A DNA stretch of 64,000 bases from contig CM082576.2 in assembly GCA_040954595.2 (NCBI GenBank), positions 5,678,760 to 5,742,759 on the forward strand. The letters run 5' to 3'. Of the stretch, positions 13,514 to 25,098 are shown one piece after another; the stretch's first letter is position 1, and every line of letters begins with the position of its first letter. The notes under the pieces are model-generated. The model did no database searches. It saw only the letters and a program-made list of their open reading frames with translations, and was not told the origin of the DNA. The position numbers were made by a program, and so were the translations under genes. This DNA is from Balanoglossus misakiensis. Lineage: Eukaryota > Animalia > Hemichordata.

Positions 13514-13560
13514 TGACCTCAAGTTACCTCGACTCGAGCGAGGTGACCCAGAGGTGACCT
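13514..13560 (-). promoter_or_regulatory. Nuclear-receptor element cluster (DR5 + DR4) in the RDH13/APRT-like divergent promoter
   Basis: Minus strand has AGGTCA-cctct-GGGTCA (13544-13560, DR5) and AGGTAA-cttg-AGGTCA (13514-13529, DR4-like). Confidence 0.5.
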
Positions 13561-14028
13561 TATCAGCTGTGTTTTGACGTTGAGGTCCATTGTTAGATGT
13601 TGGAAAATCAGTCATCACGAATACTAGTACACCAAGACTGGGTGATCAATCAGTGAGCAATCAAGGTAAGTATCCACATCCACAGTATAAGTCGCTCCTG
13701 ATGCATCGTTGGATCGTTGTCATGAGAAGTAGGAACCAGAAGCAGACTGAGAGAGGACAATATCTCCATTTTTCCCCCTGGAGACCCATCTAAAGCTACA
13801 GTTCAGAAGCTCGAGGTTAAGCCTTTGTCTGTGTTTAGAACTTAGACGGAGAAAGACACAAAGCAAGGCAAAACCTCGAGCTACTGTACTGTAGCTAACC
13901 AAGTCCAACTGACTCGAAATATCAACGATGCAAACTGACAAACTGTGCACCTCTGAAGCTGGTAGATTTGCTTATATTATCCCCTGGATACATATATATT
14001 TATATAAAAAACATTATTATATTTAAAG

Positions 14029-15845
14029 ATGAGCGAAAAAAGAGAAAAGTACTGGTATCTGTCACTGATAGCTCCGAATGAAAAAGGCCCTGGTTTTGCT
14101 TGGTTAGATCCAGCAAGAATGTATGTAAATACACAGGTAAGCAGTCAATTTACAAAAAAATATTCACTGCATTCTTTAAAGAATTGAACGTCTGTGGATG
14201 ACATGTGTTTGAATATACATGTAGTAATTGATTATTGTTCAACCTTACAGCAGTGATTTTTTTTTTCAGGCTTTTCAAGACTGTGTGACAGATTTGTTAG
14301 AGCCTTTCAATCCAGATGAAATTGACTTGATTGCTGGAATTGATGCAATGGGCTTCATACTGGGTGAGTGTAATAAATTAAGTGACAAACAGTAGTTTAA
14401 CCCTTTCACCCCCAGTTCCCTCTTTAGCGGTCCAACTGTACCATAGGACACAATGGGTTTGGACTGAACCATGAAGGTGAAAGGGTTAAGATCACAATGA
14501 GCTGAGAGTTGTAGGCTGTATCCTGTTACATGGGAATAGTATACATATTTGGATATATCTGTTCTTATATTTGAAGTCATGGTCACTCGACAAACACTTG
14601 GTAAATGCAATGCAATATATTTTCCAGATGCATCTGTGGAGCAGAGGCAGACTGTGACTGTGGCTGATATTATCTATTTCTGATTGGGTTAATGAATTAT
14701 TCATGGGTAATGGGTTGTTAGAATTAGCCAATCACCAATCTTTATAACTGGCTGTGTAAATATATTTGACTTGTGAACTTTGGAATAGTATTAGTAATGG
14801 TTATGATTGGAATTATTTCACTTTATAAAAGGTACTGCTATGGCTGCTCATTTCAAGAAAGGTTTTCTTGCAATCAGGAAGAAAGGTGGTCTTTGTGTCA
14901 AAACTTACAATGAGAAATATGTAGACTACCAAAAGGGCCAGAAAGAATTGGAGATGAGACAAGATGCTTTCCCAGAAGGTAAACAGACCTTTAACTGGTA
15001 TCAATATGTAGTTCTGTACACAAGTTTGCATTTGAACTTTTGCTTTTACTTCTTGAAGTCAGTGCATCATTAAATGGATTTCTTGCAGTGAATAACAATG
15101 CATCAAGACACAATCAATATATCAATAAGGATGTAAAATATATGAGAGATAATTGACGTTGCTTTTTAATTTAATGAGTGGTAAGAGACAGTATGAGGTT
15201 GACTGAGACATGTGCAGAATTAACATACTATTTAGATGCAAATCATGCAATATATCCATGTGTGTACATGTATTGTGTATGTGCATTCTTTGATAGATTC
15301 TGTATTTTCCTTCCAACGTGTACAGGGACTAGAGTACTTCTTGTAGATCAGTGGATTGAAACAGGAGGTACAATGCAAGCTGCAATTAATCTCGTTGATA
15401 AACTCAAAGGCAAAGTAGCAGGTAGGTCAAAATTGAGTCCGGGGCCGGCTGTGGATGTGGATGTATTCTTGGGTGCAGAACATATGAGCCTAAAGACATT
15501 GTAAGGCGCTTGCTACACATTAATTGACTCTTCTCATTGTGTGATACCACTGTCAAACAGCCTGGTGTGTGTTCATGATTTTATAAGAGATGAATTAAAT
15601 ACTCCAAACTGTTAAGAGCCATTCTAATTTAAGATGATTGTCTTGTCCCCTTCTTTGATTCTATAATAGGTATTGCTGTAATTGCCATTGAGAGTAACAC
15701 TCATGAGAAAGCCAAGGAACTCACGGAGAAGTACAAATGTTCACACATCATCCCCAGCCACCTCCAGCCTCAGATTGACAAACAGTACCTGGAAAGCTTC
15801 AAGATTTTCGAAGAAGGAAAAGCAGGTTTTGCTTATCAACCTTGA
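14029..15845 (+). CDS. Adenine phosphoribosyltransferase-like type I PRTase, copy 1 (5 coding exons)
   Basis: Exons at ~14029-14136, 14270-14363, 14832-14978, 15326-15421 and 15670-15845. Motifs IAGIDAMGFILG, LAIRKKG and PRPP-binding loop VLLVDQWIETGGT. Probable non-coding first exon ending at ~13666 (AAG|GTAAGT). Confidence 0.85.
14397..14489. mobile_element. piggyBac-like MITE in APRT-like copy 1 intron 2
   Basis: TTAA-CCCTTTCACC...GGTGAAAGGG-TTAA with perfect TIR and TTAA TSD. Absent from the paralogous intron of copy 2. Confidence 0.8.
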
Positions 15846-16270
15846 ACAACTACCATACACAGTACAAGTCTCTTTGCATACACTTACACTTTTAAACTTA
15901 AACTTAAAGTAGATGTGGCCGATCTGATTATTTTAAAATTTGTGATCTTGTGTAATCATTAATGAATGCCAAATACATGTCTGAACATAAACTAATCCAC
16001 TTTCCAGAAACTTTTTAGTCTGTTATAGTATTGTCATTAAATAATATTATCTTAAAGATTACAAACACACAATGTAGCCTCTTTTTCCCTTTATCCGAAC
16101 TAAGTTCCTATATGGGATTTGTTTTGATTGAGCATGGAATGTTATGGCAGTAAACCTGAAAACGATATTTCGGGTTGAGCTATGGAAACACACAAACAGA
16201 TTACAGTTCCACCTCAATGAAGCTGTCTGACATATTTGCATATGTACACGTTTTGTTGTGACATCATCAA

Positions 16271-16304
16271 GGGTCATTTCAGGTCACTCGATGACCCCAG
16301 GTTA
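16271..16304 (+). promoter_or_regulatory. Nuclear-receptor element cluster (DR4 + IR5) upstream of APRT-like copy 2
   Basis: GGGTCA-tttc-AGGTCA-ctcga-TGACCC-c-AGGTTA. Confidence 0.5.
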
Positions 16305-16663
16305 ACCGGAGATTTCAAGGCTACCGAGTGGCTTGTGTATAGTCACAAAACTGCAGATCTTGAACCTTGTCCTCTTCACAGGCAAAGACGTGTATTGATA
16401 CAAATTCATTTGGTCGATCAAAGTGAGTATCAACATCATCGGAATCACACCAGTGGTCCAAGTTTCCGTACGTGTTGCCATTTGGGCGACATGGACGCAC
16501 TGATGTAGAGACGACCTCCTTCTGCGATAGTCAGGGTTTGTGATGTACTGTTATCACAACAAAAATTCTTTTATGCCAAAGTGCCAACTTGACAAGCTAA
16601 ACCTTTATATGAAGCAAAATAGAAAAAAGTATCTTCTTCAAGATTCTAAATTTCTATTCAAAG

Positions 16664-18005
16664 ATGAGCGAAAAAAGAGAAAAGTACTGGTATCTGTCAC
16701 TGATGGCTCCGAATGAAAAAGGCCCTGGTTTTGCTTGGTTAGATCCAGCAAGGCTGTATGCAAATCCCCAGGTAAATGACAATTCATTGTGTTTTTGATA
16801 ACTTTTCGATTTTATGACATTTCATTATGCATGAAAAATTACATGTAGATTAATTGTGTTAATTTGCCAATTGATGCTGTACATTATACTTAACCCATGC
16901 AGGCCTTGCAAGACTGCATGGTAGATTTGTTAGAGCCTTTCAATCCAAGTGAGATCGATTTGATTGCTGGCATTAATCCAATGGGATTCATATTGGGTGA
17001 GTATACAGACAAACAGCACACTTCAGGATGAGTTTAAAATAAGAAATATAATGATGTACGGTACATTGCAACTCTCTCTTACTGTGCCTGGATTCTGTAT
17101 GAATGATTTTATGTTACAACTACCGGTACATTTGTACTTGTGACTGTAGATCTTGTTTTAATTTAAGGTGCTGCAATGGCTGCCCACCTCAAAAAAGGTT
17201 TTCTTGCATTGAGAAATAGAGATGGTTATTGTGTAAAAACACTTAATGAGGAATATACTAACTACCAGAGTACGGGGAATGAATTGCAGATAAGACAGGA
17301 TGCTTTTCCAGAAGGTAAGCTGACCTTTGCCCTTCCAGTAACTTCCATTTATAATATGCAGTGATTGAAAGCCCCAAGAGAACCGTTTATCAATTTTCTA
17401 TTGACTCTGAACCCCTTTTACTTTGTGACTTTTGTAGATTCTTCCACAACATATTTGAGCTATGGTTTTTGAATTATGGAATTTGTATGATCACAACTAA
17501 TTCCTACTTTGTGTACAGGGACAAGGGTGCTACTGGTAGATCAATGGATTGAAACAGGAGGTACAATGCAAGCTGCAATTAATCTCATTGAAAAACTCAA
17601 AGGCAGGGTTATAGGTAGGTAAAGGATTAATTTAGAGACACAAATCTGATATGTTTTATTTTTGATTCTTTGTTCCATATTAATCCATTAATAACACATG
17701 GCTGGAAGTTGACAGCTTCAGTGTTCCACGACCATTTGTAATGGATGTCAACAGGCCTGAATTTCCACATTTATGCAAAAATATGTTGTCATGGTTACTT
17801 TGTTTCTTGTTTTAATTATTCCCAAATAGGTATTGCTGCAATTGCCATCGAAAGTAACACTCATGAGAAACCAAAGGAAATCATGCAAAAGTACAAATGT
17901 TCGCACGTCATCCCAAGCCACCTTCAGCCTCAGATTGACAAAGCATACCTGGAAAGCTTCAAGATTTTCGAAGAAGGAAAAGCTGGTTTTGCTTATCAGC
18001 CTTAA
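16664..18005 (+). CDS. Adenine phosphoribosyltransferase-like type I PRTase, copy 2 (tandem duplicate)
   Basis: Same exon structure as copy 1, with near-identical exon 1 (MSEKREKYWYLSL) and C-terminus (ESFKIFEEGKAGFAYQP). Frame intact. Confidence 0.85.
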
Positions 18006-19209
18006 TAAACAAGATAGATATACCAGCATATGACTTTTGACGTCCTGAACTTCTGTGGTTATTCCAATGCAATGTGGCATATGTAGGAGGTCATAATTTA
18101 AATTGAACTGTGTCATTATTTTGTCAAGGTTATGAACAACTTCAAATTTCTCTTCAGAATCTGGTGTATGAGATGCCAATCCCCAGAAAGACAATATGTA
18201 TTGCAATGTGTGACTGATGTAATCAGTTGTTTCAGCAATAAAATTGCATTATTTTTATTACAGCAGAAATCGGTAAAATTTTGTGTTCAAAACACAGTGT
18301 TTTGTCATGTCTTCCTTTGCTTTGCTTTGCTTTGCCACAAACCATCTAATCATCCAATCATATATGTGTAAAATAGAACCATAACCCCCATGACAAAGAC
18401 ATTAATATGTTTGTCATGAGCACATGCTTAATTATCCATAGAAAGTGGAGATACCGGTACTAGTATGTATGCATGACCCTCGTGACAGCAGGGTGCGCCC
18501 TCTATCGACGGATCTTCCAGTCTATCTCCAAGATGAACTTCACCACAGATTGGAGTACGTGTGTCGTTTACATCACACCACGGTCCCCCCATCGCAATGG
18601 AGTGACCGTCACGTTGGTTTAATACGCGTAAAAACATTCAATTTGCTATTTTACAAAACTTATACATAAACTTATACATTGTATAGCATCTAAGTCAATG
18701 TAGGCCAACAGTAGGCCTAAAATTACATTCATTTGCATTTTTGGGATTTCACATTACTGTAACATTGAAATGTTGACGGTATGCAAAATTCCATAGGGCA
18801 GCAGGCTATACGGTACTGAACATTGCATTGCAAGTCATCATATTTCATTTGTAAATAGCTAGGGAAGTAATCTGCCATTCTGAAACTCTTTGATTGTGCG
18901 ATACATTATAATTTTAACACATCTTAATTTCGTCCGATGGTTGGCTCCATTATATGCAAGAAGTACATGTACTAAGCGAGACATGCTTAGAATTATCATG
19001 ACAACAAATAGATAACGATTCATTAAAAAAAACCTAATTTTTATTTCGTGTATTAAAATATTAGTCCTCATGGTTTTGCCTTGCAAATAGAACACACATG
19101 ATTGTACACTGAAATGAAACTGGCAGTAACGTTCAAAAGATATTGGGCAAATAAATAAAAAAATACATTGGTAAATGTATTTATGCAACAGCACTGCTAG
19201 TCTTTCGCA

Positions 19210-22115
19210 CTACAAGTCTAGTCCACTCCATTCTGAGCGACACGTCGAACTCCACCCAGAAAGTATTTCTTCATCTTCGAACGGTCTTTCGCCCATTTCG
19301 CGTTTTCGGTCGCGTATCTGAAGAAAAATAGTAATAATTCGGGTAAGAACAGCCGATCGCCAAAACGATAGGTTCCGGTTATTTATACACGAAGAAGCAA
19401 ATACTAAGTATTGTATCACCCTGTAAGGTCTATTTAAAGGTGCCATGAAAGGCAACAGTCCTTTTTTCGAATTTGATTAATAAAGTCCATGTTGAGACAC
19501 GAGAGACAGAGAAGATCGACGTCATCCTGAGACGAGAGGTATCACACTCACCTCTTCCACCAGCTCGAACACTCGCAAGAAGTTTTTCCCGACTAAAAGT
19601 TCAAGGTGTTCTTCCGACCAGCCTTTTCTCATCAGCGCAAGGATCAAATCCGGGTACTTGGATGTATCCTCCAGTCCAGTCGGTGCCCTGCAAAGCCGTC
19701 ATGTACAAACTTCAGTTATACAAGATGGATAAAAAATCGGACGGAAGCTGCTTAAAAAATTGTGCAATCGTTATTTGTCGTCATAAAAGAATCCACAGCT
19801 ACCATGCTAACTATTTTCACCCGGGCAAGACGAAGTTCAATGGGTAACTATAGTTTCAGGCCTACGCCCAAAATTAGGAATGCGCTATGCAACTACAGCC
19901 ACGGGTGTGTTGGTCTATGGACTGGCATTTCCTATACTTACACCCGAAACCCATCGAATCCAGCGCCTAATCCGACATGGGGAAGTCCAGCAGTTCTTCT
20001 TATGTACTCGATGTGATCTGCACACGAAATGGAAGAATGGTGAAGTACATTGACAGAGAATTTAACCGGGGGGGGGGGGGGGTTAATATGCACCTTCATC
20101 TTTCGCTGGTATCCATAGTTAATTAATCTTTTACAGACCCACTAGTAAGTAATTTGCTACAAAAATGGAAAGATTTACATCTAAACATCTTAAAAGTTTC
20201 TAAATGTGCAAAACCAAAGATATGATGACGTGTAAAGCATGCAATTTCTCATACCCTTCGGCTCATACCCAAAGAAGCACCTTAAAGCGGTAGCAACCAT
20301 TTTTAAATATTAAGGCCTAAAACAAACTCGAGGTCAGACAATCATCTACATAATGTCGCTTGACATAAATTGTGTATAGTAAACTGTATCGCAGTTATAC
20401 ATTAAACCTCTTGAGTTGTTTCGCTTAATGGCACATGTCCAAATGATAGATGATAAACGGATATTTGACGTCTCTTTTTGTTGAGTAACTGTCATGAGAA
20501 CCACTTACCAACTACCATGTCGAGAGTTGCCTCGCCACCACAACCTATCACCTCACTGTCGAAATTCACCATTATGATTCCACGATTGGTTTTCTAAAGG
20601 TTTAAAAACGTGAATGGAAATGGGCTGCATGAATTGAACAGTCGCGGTCTCCAGGAACGTAACCCTTTTTAGTTTGCTCACAGAATAACATCAAAACGCA
20701 TCACTTAATTAATATCTTGAAAACCATGAGCATTCAAATAGAATAAAGCAGAATAAAGCCCCGTTTAACACTCTGTAGTCAAATCTTACCAGTTTACTGA
20801 GGATACTATCGGGTACATTTTTAGTGTTGGAGCACACGGCATAGGCCGCTGAATGACTGAAAATTACTGGTGCTTCAGCGACAAACAAAACGTCATCCAT
20901 AGTTTTGAAGTGGGCGTTGGATATATCCACCATCATGCCAAGTCGATTCATTTCGCGTATCACTGTCTGTATAAATAATGAAACAAATACTTTCAAATAT
21001 TAATTTCATATGGCTCAATTATGCCCAGTAACATTATTCAAGCTAGTCATGTCGCTCGTCTGATTCCCGTCAGTCAAACTGTGTGCGACAAAATTTGGCG
21101 ACAGAAATTCGTGGTTCGACACATTCTCAATTATTTAGAACTTAACATGTCTTTCGTTTCTCGCTCCTTTCTAAACCTAGGTGCCCGTCTTACCTGACCA
21201 AACAACGACAGTCCTCCATTTCTGGCGGGTCCATCGTGCGCGTCGGCCCTGTAAAACAAATGTTCATGGTTTGCATTTTTTTTCGTTCTCTTTATTCATG
21301 TTTTAATATTTCATGCTTGATATGAATTCCAAAGATTAGGGTTCAAGAATGCAATAGAAAGGGGGCACCCATGATGACGGTGTCATGTTGTGTTATATTA
21401 GTCCAATCTATAGTAGGCCTACACCAATCCCGTGGAATGACTGAATCATGAAATGCCCCCCCCCCCCCCACCCAGGTCTATCGTCAGTAGTACATGTACA
21501 CTGTTGTCGTACTTACCAGGGCGTACTGCAGTTTCCAGTCAGCGTCAAATATCGTACTCCCAAGTTATATAACTGCCGCAATGTCCCCAAACTGCTATCG
21601 ATGCTGTGGCCACCACCAACCCCTATTAAACTAGCTATCCTTTCTTCTTCAAAAGCTTCAGTAATTCCTTAGAATAAAATAGAATAATATTTGCATGTAC
21701 TGACAAGTGGGATAATATTCATTGTTTCAAGATATAATTTTATTATTATTTCCTACCACCACAAAAGTAACGATATTAAATGTCTAGATTTCGTAGATGA
21801 TTATAATATAAGAATGACAGGACAACCACCTGTTGATCGCACACTATATACTGGATGGTTTTTCTTCTAAACATAACTTACAGCAAAGTCCCAATCATCT
21901 CTTAACCAGAATATTATTTCACTGTGAAAAAAACCAAACTATCGGATATAAATAATCGGTACATCTTACCACTGGCATCAGTGACAAATTTGAATGTTTC
22001 CGGGTATTTATCGACCATTCTCCGAATGAGGTCTATCTGTTCCATCGTGTGTTTCACTGCGTCTTTGTCCTGTGCGTCACAACTTACATAGGCTGACCAG
22101 AACTTAGATGGAAAG

Positions 22116-22191
<76 letters not shown>

Positions 22192-22201
22192 GTCATCGTC
22201 G

Positions 22202-22295
<94 letters not shown>

Positions 22296-23501
22296 TATCA
22301 TGGCAATTTAAAAGCAATTACAGTGTCACCATCGACCAATGGTCACATTTGATTGGTATTTAAACGCTACTTGAAAAAGGAAACTTGTGCTAGGGCAAAG
22401 ATAAAGTTGTTATATCGTCACAGGGATATCTAGGTGAGGTCTTGACAACATTGCTTTGTTCAGTTCGCAAGTCGCATCAAATTCACTCGAGGTAGAGTTG
22501 ACTTACCTGGGCGCCAACAAGACCCTCCCTCATTCTTGGAATGTCAGTATGCGAAAATGCCCAGGCAGCGCTGAGATCTCTCGCCAAATCAAGGTCTTCA
22601 AGATAGGCACCATGATGCATCCGTATTTGCCAGGGAAGATCATTGTGTCTAGAAATTACAGCAACGGAATGTTCAGAAAGTGACTGGTGTCATGCGAAAA
22701 TGTAATGGCCATGGTGGCTAAAATTTTCACACATTATTCGCAGTTGTTAATTTTTTCGGGGAATGCCAGTGAGTCAAATGCCACAATTTCTGTCCAAGTA
22801 GCTAGGGTACCTGTGATAGAGGGACTGTAGACTGTGTAATACAGTAGCTGCAGGGAAACCAAATCATACGCCAAAAATACAAGGTCCAAATCTATGGACG
22901 TAGGCCTACTGGTTGTCGCTTTCATTCATGATTGTGACTGATCATGGAAAGTGTGTGAATGGCTCGTCCACAAAAAAATTCAAAAGATCGATTTATAACA
23001 GAACAGCTAAGCTTATGCGTGGAGGTAGGATTGTGTAAGTGTATGTAATCCTTGGAATGGCAGATAAAAGCTTATGATTTGCAGCTATAATGAGACTCAA
23101 AAATAAATTAAACAGGTGTCTGTAGCGGTCGTTAATTACGTGCACAGATGAACCGCTGTATTTGCCAAGATATTAAAACAGCAGCTAAACAATTATACTA
23201 TCGTCAATGATCGAATAGTGCAAATTGGTTTTTTTCAATAATCTGTGACTTACCCGTCGATCAATGGCGTGGACTTCAACAAAGCCGTGGTTTTAGTAAT
23301 GGGGTCTCTCTTCCATTTCTCCCGTGCCGTAACTCCCGTGGACACAGAAATTGCCAAGACTATGATTACCAGGAAACCTATCCCAAGGAACATGGAGGAT
23401 CTGTCACTGAGTGTAGATATCCTCATAACCGGCCTCTCCTCGGCGATCATTTCTGCGCCCGTGTCTGAGTCTACCACCTCCTCCGTGTCTGAGTCTTGCA
23501 T
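19210..23501 (-). CDS. Membrane dipeptidase (peptidase M19, DPEP family) homolog with N-terminal TM anchor; catalytic residues degenerate
   Basis: About 10 exons: ...[16 protein letters not shown] (TM)...[98 protein letters not shown], and a final exon ending GLDL* at 19210. Confidence 0.85.
22117..22301. repeat. (CAT/ATG)n microsatellite, ~185 bp, intronic
   Basis: About 60 CAT units with three CGT variants. It produces the spurious poly-D/M/I ORFs. Confidence 0.97.
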
Positions 23502-25098
23502 TGCGAGTTAAAATGTCTTCCTGTATAAAGGTGGATGGAACTAATAATTTCAGTCGTTCACCTTGACGATCAGCTGATACTAGCGTCTACACAGGTCATA
23601 GCTAAGGTAGATAGTACACCATGTATTTGCGAACAAAACAATAACACACAGTGAAAAAATAGACTCCCTAAATGCTTCCCTTCACCTTTGGAAAATACGT
23701 GATTTGCATATGAATTATTATATGGCCTTGCTCCATATACAATTCAAAAAGTTCCCGCCAGCAGAGACAAATAAATTTCTATGGCCCAAGCATGTGCTCT
23801 GAACAAACGCTTGGGTACATTTTCACACCATTCACAATAACTCATATCTACAAGCTTTCTGGTGCGGTGGTTATTATTTTATCAAAAGCTAAAATGTTAT
23901 AATGTATCTCTATTTCACATGTTCTAGGCCAGTCTGATTAATTTTTTTCATGGATGCATTACGCTGTGGTTTCATCATTTCATTGAACTTTTCCTGCTTA
24001 AAATATGGCAAAATCCCCATGTCCATGAATTCACACCGTCTTATGGGTAAACAATATACCCTTTGTCTAAAGCAAGTTACCCTTTATCATGTTCATTAGG
24101 TTAAAATTCAGCAATTGTTCTGATACTTCTGTGATTTCTGGAGTTCAGTACTTTGCAAGGTTTAAACAATGGCAATTTTGTAGGTGGTTTTGATACAGCC
24201 CAATTCCCCACTATGAAACAAAATGAATATCCAGTGCCCTCTGAACAAAGAGCGCAAAAAGGGATCATCAAAAGTTGATTTGAGAATCTAGCAATCGTTC
24301 TTCAGTCAGACTAAAACAGAATAAGCTTCTTCTGTCTGTGGTCAACCTTACATGTTTCACACATGAAATATTAATTTTAGCCTGTGCAGTGGACACAAGA
24401 TCAAACTGGTGTCATGATATAATATGTACCCATTATTTATTTACATTCAGACAAATCATAGCAGGTCTGTGAAAATATACAGTATCTGAATATGAAATAA
24501 AAGTACATGTGCCATACAATTGCCAATGTCAAAGTGGCTTCCTGTAGTACCATATATAACACACCTCATGCTGTGTCGTGATTTGCTAGAATCAGTCATG
24601 TGATAGGAAAATACAATGACTATTGGCCTAGAGAAATAGTCACATCAACCTTTACCTATAGTGAGTTCATTTCAGGACATGAGCATGAATTACTTAAAAA
24701 TAAAAGTTAAACATCAACAACTGTAATAAAACATGGTCACATTTGGAAAAGTGTGACTTTTCCAATATCTCAAACAGCAAAGCTTAAAAACTAAGAATAC
24801 TTTTTAGCTGTTTTCAGACATTTCTTAAATTTTCTTTGGTGGCACTGGTAATCAAACGTGGTTTGGAAATTATATCACCAACCTAACAGTGTATTTTGTT
24901 ATCCTTTGAATGGTGAACATACATGGTGTTATGCCCAGCAGAAAAAAATGGTGGTTATTAAAAACTCAAAAGAAAGTCTATTTTACAGGGATTGGGGAGT
25001 TGAAGAGATCTCTGAATTTATAGGTTAATAATAACATCAGACTTCAACTTTTGTCTCTTCCACGTATGCTGGGACTGATCTGTACTTTGTGTCTTCTC

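Noticed and set aside
18428-18637. 69-aa ORF in a GC-rich intergenic patch
   Set aside because: No homology cues or flanking splice sites linking it to neighbouring genes; better explained as a regulatory island around the CTCF-like motif.
22084-22317. Poly-Asp, poly-Met and poly-Ile ORFs
   Set aside because: Translations of the intronic (CAT)n microsatellite.
14029-23501. APRT-DPEP adjacency mirroring human 16q24.3
   Set aside because: The PRTases here appear to be a different family from true APRT and the dipeptidase orthology is unclear, so this is probably coincidence.
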